Source: an uncultured virus (IMG/VR IMGVR_UViG_3300028840_004599)
Lineage: Duplodnaviria; Heunggongvirae; Uroviricota; Caudoviricetes
Direction: 5' to 3' (one strand)
DNA length: 20,000 bases
Virus record (IMG/VR): IMGVR_UViG_3300028840_004599
The number at the start of each line of letters is the position of its first letter. Positions within the stretch are counted from its first letter, which is position 1. Positions 14,981 to 20,000 of the stretch are shown here, one piece after another. The position numbers and the translations under genes are program-made. The notes beneath the pieces are model-generated. The model did not search any database, was not told where the DNA came from, and saw only the letters and a program-made list of their open reading frames with translations.

Positions 14981-17900
14981 TGGGTCAAGCAGGATGTTCA
15001 TATGGGTTTGCAACGAAGCTAGTGCCCCCGATAAATATTGATGGGAAACAGTATACACTTTTGGTTCGTTTCCACGATTACCCATCATTGGGTAATGATG
15101 ATGAGATAGTATCTGGTGAGATAGAATCAGTTGTGGATATCGGCGGTGGTTACAAGAAAATTGTGTGTGCGTTGGGCAGATATTATTTTTCTCAAACTCA
15201 TGTGCTCGGTGCTGGCAACTCGTATGAGGAAGTAGTAATGTATTATGCTGGTGGAAACATTTGTATAGCACCTGAACCTGCCATAGGCTCATATTGTTAC
15301 TCGGATGCGAAGGCAACTACGGGACCCAACTCCGCAAATCGGGCACAGGACGGGCACACTCTTATATGGAATAATAAGAAGTTTCTTATAACAAAAGCCT
15401 TAGCATTTCATGAAGCTCCAGATAGTATTAGCTGGCAACTTGGCAATAGATCACAAGGGGAGCGTATAACAGTTGGGTTGGTTGGAGAGGATGATTTTAA
15501 GGGTTGGCAGTTCCCGTTAAGCACTTATAATGCAAATGATGTGGCAATAGATACGACACTTGGTGACATATACGACGATGCAGGAATAACGTGGGAGGAC
15601 ACAGCTGTTGAGTCCGGTTCGTGTTCACGAAAGATTTTTTTGTCATCCCCTGACTATTTCCCATCGGATGCTTGTTTGGACTTTGCAGAGTTTTGGTACG
15701 ACCCAATACACTACGGACTTCGTTTTTGCTCTACCAACGCTCTTCGCGCCGGTGATAGCAAGCCCTGGAGTGATGTAGACCTGCTCAAAGTGACTTGGTA
15801 TGCGCGGGATATACAAGGTGAGATGACGTTAGGCACGACAAAAGTATTTGCGTTCGAGGGTGACGGTGATGGTTTATCCGATTCCGGCGATAGTATAGCG
15901 ACAATATTCGATACCGTAGAGAGACCAGACCCATTTGCTCTCCATAGTCAGCAGATTACTATTGGCAAGTCTATTGGTAGTGAATCCGGCTTGATGTGGC
16001 GAGAAGATTATTCTGCCGATTCTCCATTTATTGCTTGGGTTTATGACGAGGACGGAAATGTTACACTTAAATATAGATTGTTGCAGGGAGGATCAATATC
16101 ATCCAACCCTGTATCGGGTACTCACCCAATCCCGGTAACACTAAAGCTTGAGGAGATATCCGCAGGCACAATCAGGGCATGGTATGATGTGGGGGCTGGT
16201 TTTGTCCTTCATGATACAATCTCGCTTGATCTCACATATTCGTGGTTTGGTGGTGTGTTTGGCTCCTCTGGCTCTTCAATACGGGCATATTTCAACGCAG
16301 ATACCGATGTTGAGGTTCTGCCCGTAGGCACAAATTCTGATTCTGGTGTTTTGTCATATCGTCTTGATAATGAGGTGTATACGCCATATGCCACAAAATG
16401 GTATTGGGAGCACGATAAGCCGTTTACAGGGGATATAGAAGAGATACGCAACGTATCAGCAGATGTGGATATGACATTGGTTGTTACGGGAACAGACCTA
16501 CAACGGGATACGTACATGATATCCGGGAGCACACTAATATTTAGTCAAGAAGCATTCGGTGATAGTGTAACAGCAACATATGATAGTGATGAATCTTTGT
16601 CTGCCCCGGGAAGATGCCCAGGCGGACCAAAGAACTTTTCAAATGACGATGGTGTGGTTGAGCACAATATAGGTCAATATCGGGATTGTCTATACGTTTA
16701 TGATCCAAATGGGGAGCTTACGGCAATAGGCGGTGAGGACTTTTCTGTGATAACCAGTTCGGGGTTTGATCCTAGGACAACATTTTCATTGTATTATGAC
16801 GAGGAAAACAACGCAAGTACGGATTTTACACAGATACCGGATGGGTCTCTTATAAAAAATGCCTTGTCACGCTATGTATTGGTTGAGGATGTTTGGGTGG
16901 AAAGCAACATATTTGCCAATAAACGATATTGTTTTGAAGGTGTTGGTTCAAGGTTTGTACGATTTAATGGTGCGTCCCCACGTTACCTTAATGAGGCTCG
17001 GGACTGCATACAGACATTAAATACTTGTCGTGTGTCTATAACACAGGGAGATGGTGCTCATATTTGCGGGGAAGGACAGATGTACCCGGTTCCCACTACA
17101 CGTTTTTGTGATGAGGAGGGCAACAATGTATGGGGAGGGTGGACTGTGGGCGTTACCGGTGCGCATGTTGATAGAGAAAAAGCGAATGCGTGGTTTCAAA
17201 AACGGTCTGGAACCCGGTGGTTTCAGGCTTTTTCTTATTTCGGTAACAGGATAGCGACACCAGGAATCGTCCTCCCGTATGGGTGGATGGAGATTGATGG
17301 AGTTCCTGAACAGGGCGATTTACATTACAATCTGGGTGGTATATGCCAAACGTATAAGGAGTATTATACGCAGTGCCCAGGGTTGGCTTTGCAGGGGATG
17401 TGTTCCGGTGGTGCGTTAAACCCTTCCGTGGGGTGGTGTTCTGACGGTTATTGCGGCGACCCACTTACACCCTCCGAATGGTATGAGGGTGATCGCGGTA
17501 TCACCAATGCCATGGCGACATTTTTCGCGTGGGCTTCCACAGGGGGGCAAGATTTTTGTGGGTGCAATTACTACGAGAGTTGGGCGGTGGGACATGAGGA
17601 AATATCTCCAGAGTTTAATTTTACGCCTACGTATTTCCAGCCGGGAAATCGGTTGAAGAGAATGCTGGATAACACCACAATAAATTGGGCGAAGATGGAA
17701 TTTGAGCTGAGTGGGGCTTGGCAACGGGTGAGAAACAAGGAATGGGATGCTACTGTTGTTGTGAACGATATTGATGGTATTGGGGAAAACTTCTCGTTCA
17801 GCCTCATGAAAATGAAGAAGGATTCGAGGAATTATGATCCTCCATGCCCCACTGATCCAAAGCCCCCGTATCAGAGTGAATTTGCCCTATTAGGTCAAGG

Positions 17901-18246
17901 TGGGGTAATAGGAGGAGCGATTAATCAGCAGGAGATAAGTGGTGTTATCGATTGTACAGGGATGATTCAGGCGTTGATTGACGATAAAGATTCCCCGTAC
18001 GGATATTATTTTTTATTCCCTAGTCAGGGAACAAGCTTGGTTCTGGGGGCTGATCAGTCTACGTTCTTGCGAGGTTTGCTGCCGGACAGCTACGGAGCTG
18101 CAAGCTCAACAGGATTATACTTTACAAACATGGTCATGCAGTATTGGGATACACTGAGTGTGAGCAACATCATTGTGAATTTTACACTGCCTAGTGGTGA
18201 GGAGAAAACAATAAGAGTGCCATATATAGTAAATGCTATAGAATAA
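14980..18246 (+). CDS. Large Cys-rich putative tail / receptor-binding protein with an internal ConA-like (DUF1349-like) module
   Basis: 1088 aa, about 23 Cys, TAATG coupling with AAGGAG RBS. Segment FEGDGDGL..DS...GLMWRE..SADS...PVTLKLE...IRAWY...FGGVF is lectin-like. Confidence 0.65.
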   Translation: MGQAGCSYGFATKLVPPINIDGKQYTLLVRFHDYPSLGNDDEIVSGEIESVVDIGGGYKKIVCALGRYYFSQTHVLGAGNSYEEVVMYYAGGNICIAPEPAIGSYCYSDAKATTGPNSANRAQDGHTLIWNNKKFLITKALAFHEAPDSISWQLGNRSQGERITVGLVGEDDFKGWQFPLSTYNANDVAIDTTLGDIYDDAGITWEDTAVESGSCSRKIFLSSPDYFPSDACLDFAEFWYDPIHYGLRFCSTNALRAGDSKPWSDVDLLKVTWYARDIQGEMTLGTTKVFAFEGDGDGLSDSGDSIATIFDTVERPDPFALHSQQITIGKSIGSESGLMWREDYSADSPFIAWVYDEDGNVTLKYRLLQGGSISSNPVSGTHPIPVTLKLEEISAGTIRAWYDVGAGFVLHDTISLDLTYSWFGGVFGSSGSSIRAYFNADTDVEVLPVGTNSDSGVLSYRLDNEVYTPYATKWYWEHDKPFTGDIEEIRNVSADVDMTLVVTGTDLQRDTYMISGSTLIFSQEAFGDSVTATYDSDESLSAPGRCPGGPKNFSNDDGVVEHNIGQYRDCLYVYDPNGELTAIGGEDFSVITSSGFDPRTTFSLYYDEENNASTDFTQIPDGSLIKNALSRYVLVEDVWVESNIFANKRYCFEGVGSRFVRFNGASPRYLNEARDCIQTLNTCRVSITQGDGAHICGEGQMYPVPTTRFCDEEGNNVWGGWTVGVTGAHVDREKANAWFQKRSGTRWFQAFSYFGNRIATPGIVLPYGWMEIDGVPEQGDLHYNLGGICQTYKEYYTQCPGLALQGMCSGGALNPSVGWCSDGYCGDPLTPSEWYEGDRGITNAMATFFAWASTGGQDFCGCNYYESWAVGHEEISPEFNFTPTYFQPGNRLKRMLDNTTINWAKMEFELSGAWQRVRNKEWDATVVVNDIDGIGENFSFSLMKMKKDSRNYDPPCPTDPKPPYQSEFALLGQGGVIGGAINQQEISGVIDCTGMIQALIDDKDSPYGYYFLFPSQGTSLVLGADQSTFLRGLLPDSYGAASSTGLYFTNMVMQYWDTLSVSNIIVNFTLPSGEEKTIRVPYIVNAIE

Positions 18247-18248
18247 AG

Positions 18249-18296
18249 ATGCGATTTTTATGTAAAAATGACACAAAAGTGGCATAAAAATTGCGT
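18249..18296 (+). promoter_or_regulatory. Intergenic inverted repeat / RNA hairpin
   Basis: ATGCGATTTTTATGT (18249-18263) pairs with GCATAAAAATTGCGT (18282-18296): 15 bp with three G:U pairs and an 18-nt loop. Confidence 0.5.
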
Positions 18297-18348
18297 GTTG
18301 TTGTAGGTATGTACATCATGGTGGCGTTCTTACGAATTACCTGATATT

Positions 18349-18573
18349 TTGGTGGTGGTTATGGGTATGAATAATCTTGTCCAGTATAAAGTCAAAAAAC
18401 AGAAGGTTTTAGAAGCTCTTCTTGCAAATATTACTCTTCCCGGCGATGCCAGGCTCGTGGGGATGTGGTATGATGTTCGCAATAAGGGAGCAGAGACACT
18501 AAATATATTAATTCAGTCAAAGGAGTTCAAACCTGTGGATTTTGAGGATATACCAGGGATCGAGGTAGTATGA
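18349..18573 (+). CDS. Small hypothetical protein (true start possibly ATG 18361 or 18367)
   Basis: 74-aa ORF whose stop overlaps the next start (ATGA). GGTGG lies upstream of the internal ATGs. Confidence 0.55.
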   Translation: MVVVMGMNNLVQYKVKKQKVLEALLANITLPGDARLVGMWYDVRNKGAETLNILIQSKEFKPVDFEDIPGIEVV

Positions 18574-19214
18574 GTCGAGCTGATGGAGCATACTTCAATA
18601 TATACTATCTTCCGGATGTAGGGTCGCCCGATTACAATGTCCCATATCGCACAATAGATCATGGGCTGTACGAGAGGGGCACAAACAGCGAGATCAAACT
18701 ACGTTTGTACTATGGGCGTGGTTTGTCTGCTTCCCCGTGGTTACAGCCAATATTTCGTGTACGTTTGGGGGTTGGAGAAACTGGTGGTGGTGCATGGAGG
18801 CACGGTACGGAGGTCGTGTCTCAAGGTTTTCACTACGTTCGTTTTGTGGGTGATCCTGCCTATACCCAATTAGATACCACAACAACGTTCGATTTGGGAG
18901 ATTTTACAGTTAATTCATATAAGGATTTGCAATTTAAATTTGCTATTCCTGATCCATATCCAATAGACGAGACTGGTAATATTCGTCATGGGGTAATGCA
19001 TTGGAGGCTTGTGTTCTCGGGCGGTACTATGATGTACGATCAGTCCAAAGCAGCCTTATTTGGCAACTTTACTTATGGAACACGGGTGTTCTTGCCCCGA
19101 GCTGAGAGACCGATATCCACAATTGGTGACAGTGTTACCTGGCTTCTGTGTAGAGCCAACGTGGTGACTGCCTCGGAGGGGACGATCCTATCCCAGGTTA
19201 TTTCAATATTGTAA
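18570..19214 (+). CDS. Hypothetical structural protein (beta-sandwich/Ig-like candidate)
   Basis: 214 aa, aromatic and beta-rich (FDLGDFTVNSYKDLQFKFAIP), GAGGT RBS. Confidence 0.6.
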   Translation: MSRADGAYFNIYYLPDVGSPDYNVPYRTIDHGLYERGTNSEIKLRLYYGRGLSASPWLQPIFRVRLGVGETGGGAWRHGTEVVSQGFHYVRFVGDPAYTQLDTTTTFDLGDFTVNSYKDLQFKFAIPDPYPIDETGNIRHGVMHWRLVFSGGTMMYDQSKAALFGNFTYGTRVFLPRAERPISTIGDSVTWLLCRANVVTASEGTILSQVISIL

Positions 19215-19227
19215 TGGGGGAAATATA

Positions 19228-19965
19228 ATGCGTGAAGAGGGAAAGTCGGTAAAACACCACAATGAACGTCGTGTACTAAATACAATATCTGGGGAATCTA
19301 TAACTGTTCCCGGGGCTGGTGGTCCGTGGGGGGATTATACTGTCAAGTTGGCAGAGACTCCACACGAAAGCTACGATGTAATAGTTGCTGGCGGGTTTAC
19401 AGAAACGGACACCTTGCCTGTAAGCGCAAATGAGTTTTATGTATACTACGAACAGGGTTTATTGGTATTTAACTCAGCTGATGCAGCTACAAATACAACA
19501 GTATCCTACAAGGGGCGTGGAACGAGTCCCGATGCCATAGATGCCAATGCGGTGCAAACACTTCTTTGTGTGCCTGTGGGTTGGGTAGGAGAACCGGTAG
19601 TAACGAGTGACGGCGATTATATGATAACTGTGCCACTGGCATCCACGGAGTCCGCGAGTGGTTTTGGCACGGCAGACCTATCTCAATTGGAAGCACAGGG
19701 TTTTTCAGTATTTTGTCAATCTCCGGATTTTGCATCAGCTGACACAACGTTTGTTCTATCCAACGCAAAAAAAGCCGGAGGTGGTGATACGCTTACATGT
19801 ACCCTGACACACACAGGAGCAGAGACAGATAGGAGGGTGTCTGCTCAAGGAAGCGTGGTATTCGATCTCACATCGGATGCCGTATATATATATTGTACTG
19901 CTGCCACATCCCCATGTCATGCCAATTTCACATTCTTTGTCTGGTTTAGGAGGGTTGCTCCGTGA
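19228..19965 (+). CDS. Putative tail fiber / appendage protein
   Basis: N-terminal module ESITVP...YTVKLAETP...EFYVYYEQGLLVFNSAD...VSYKGRG, a short helix DAIDANAVQT, then a beta-rich head. This layout resembles phage fiber-type proteins. GGGGG RBS. Confidence 0.55.
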   Translation: MREEGKSVKHHNERRVLNTISGESITVPGAGGPWGDYTVKLAETPHESYDVIVAGGFTETDTLPVSANEFYVYYEQGLLVFNSADAATNTTVSYKGRGTSPDAIDANAVQTLLCVPVGWVGEPVVTSDGDYMITVPLASTESASGFGTADLSQLEAQGFSVFCQSPDFASADTTFVLSNAKKAGGGDTLTCTLTHTGAETDRRVSAQGSVVFDLTSDAVYIYCTAATSPCHANFTFFVWFRRVAP

Positions 19966-20000
19966 CAGTAAAGACTACCGATGCTGTTAACATTGTGTAT

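Noticed and set aside
232..19768. Many minus-strand ORFs and alternate-frame plus-strand ORFs (e.g. 8808..9284, 1760..2245, 3293..3640)
   Set aside because: They lie over convincing + strand structural genes and show no recognisable motifs. The Val-rich 3293..3640 ORF is simply the antisense of the Thr-rich tract.
13082..19965. Diversity-generating retroelement or invertible fiber cassette
   Set aside because: No reverse transcriptase, recombinase or TR/VR-like repeat pair was seen by eye in this window; elements outside the window cannot be excluded.
1..20000. Alternative genetic code (TAG reassigned), suggested by in-frame TAG junctions at 4127-4133 and 13067-13082
   Set aside because: Long genes are uninterrupted under code 11 and coding density is already very high. 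TAG is used at sensible gene ends, and ATG 4133 has its own GGAG RBS.

Overview
This 20-kb window is one continuous + strand virion morphogenesis operon of a tailed dsDNA (pro)phage (Caudoviricetes), probably a divergent siphovirus-like phage since no tail sheath is visible. Gene order: truncated SPP1 gp7/Mu F-like head morphogenesis gene; XkdF-like prohead protease/scaffold; XkdG-like HK97-fold major capsid protein; three accessory genes, two with Sec signal peptides; head-tail adaptor, closure, neck and terminator genes; tail tube candidate; tail assembly chaperone G/GT pair; short tape measure protein; hub-like protein; small ORFs; two large Cys-rich tail-tip proteins; further fiber-like genes. 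The most notable signals are: (1) two signal-peptide proteins inside the head module, one with a 71-aa strictly alternating Thr/Ser insert resembling a long beta-hairpin; (2) a chaperone locus with about 250 nt of dual coding and two in-phase -1 slippery heptamers (A_AAA_AAC and lambda-type G_GGA_AAG); (3) two nested in-frame starts with strong Shine-Dalgarno (SD) sites in the protease gene; (4) Cys-clustered tail proteins, one with an embedded ConA/DUF1349-like module. All family calls come from motif recognition and synteny by eye; no database search was run.
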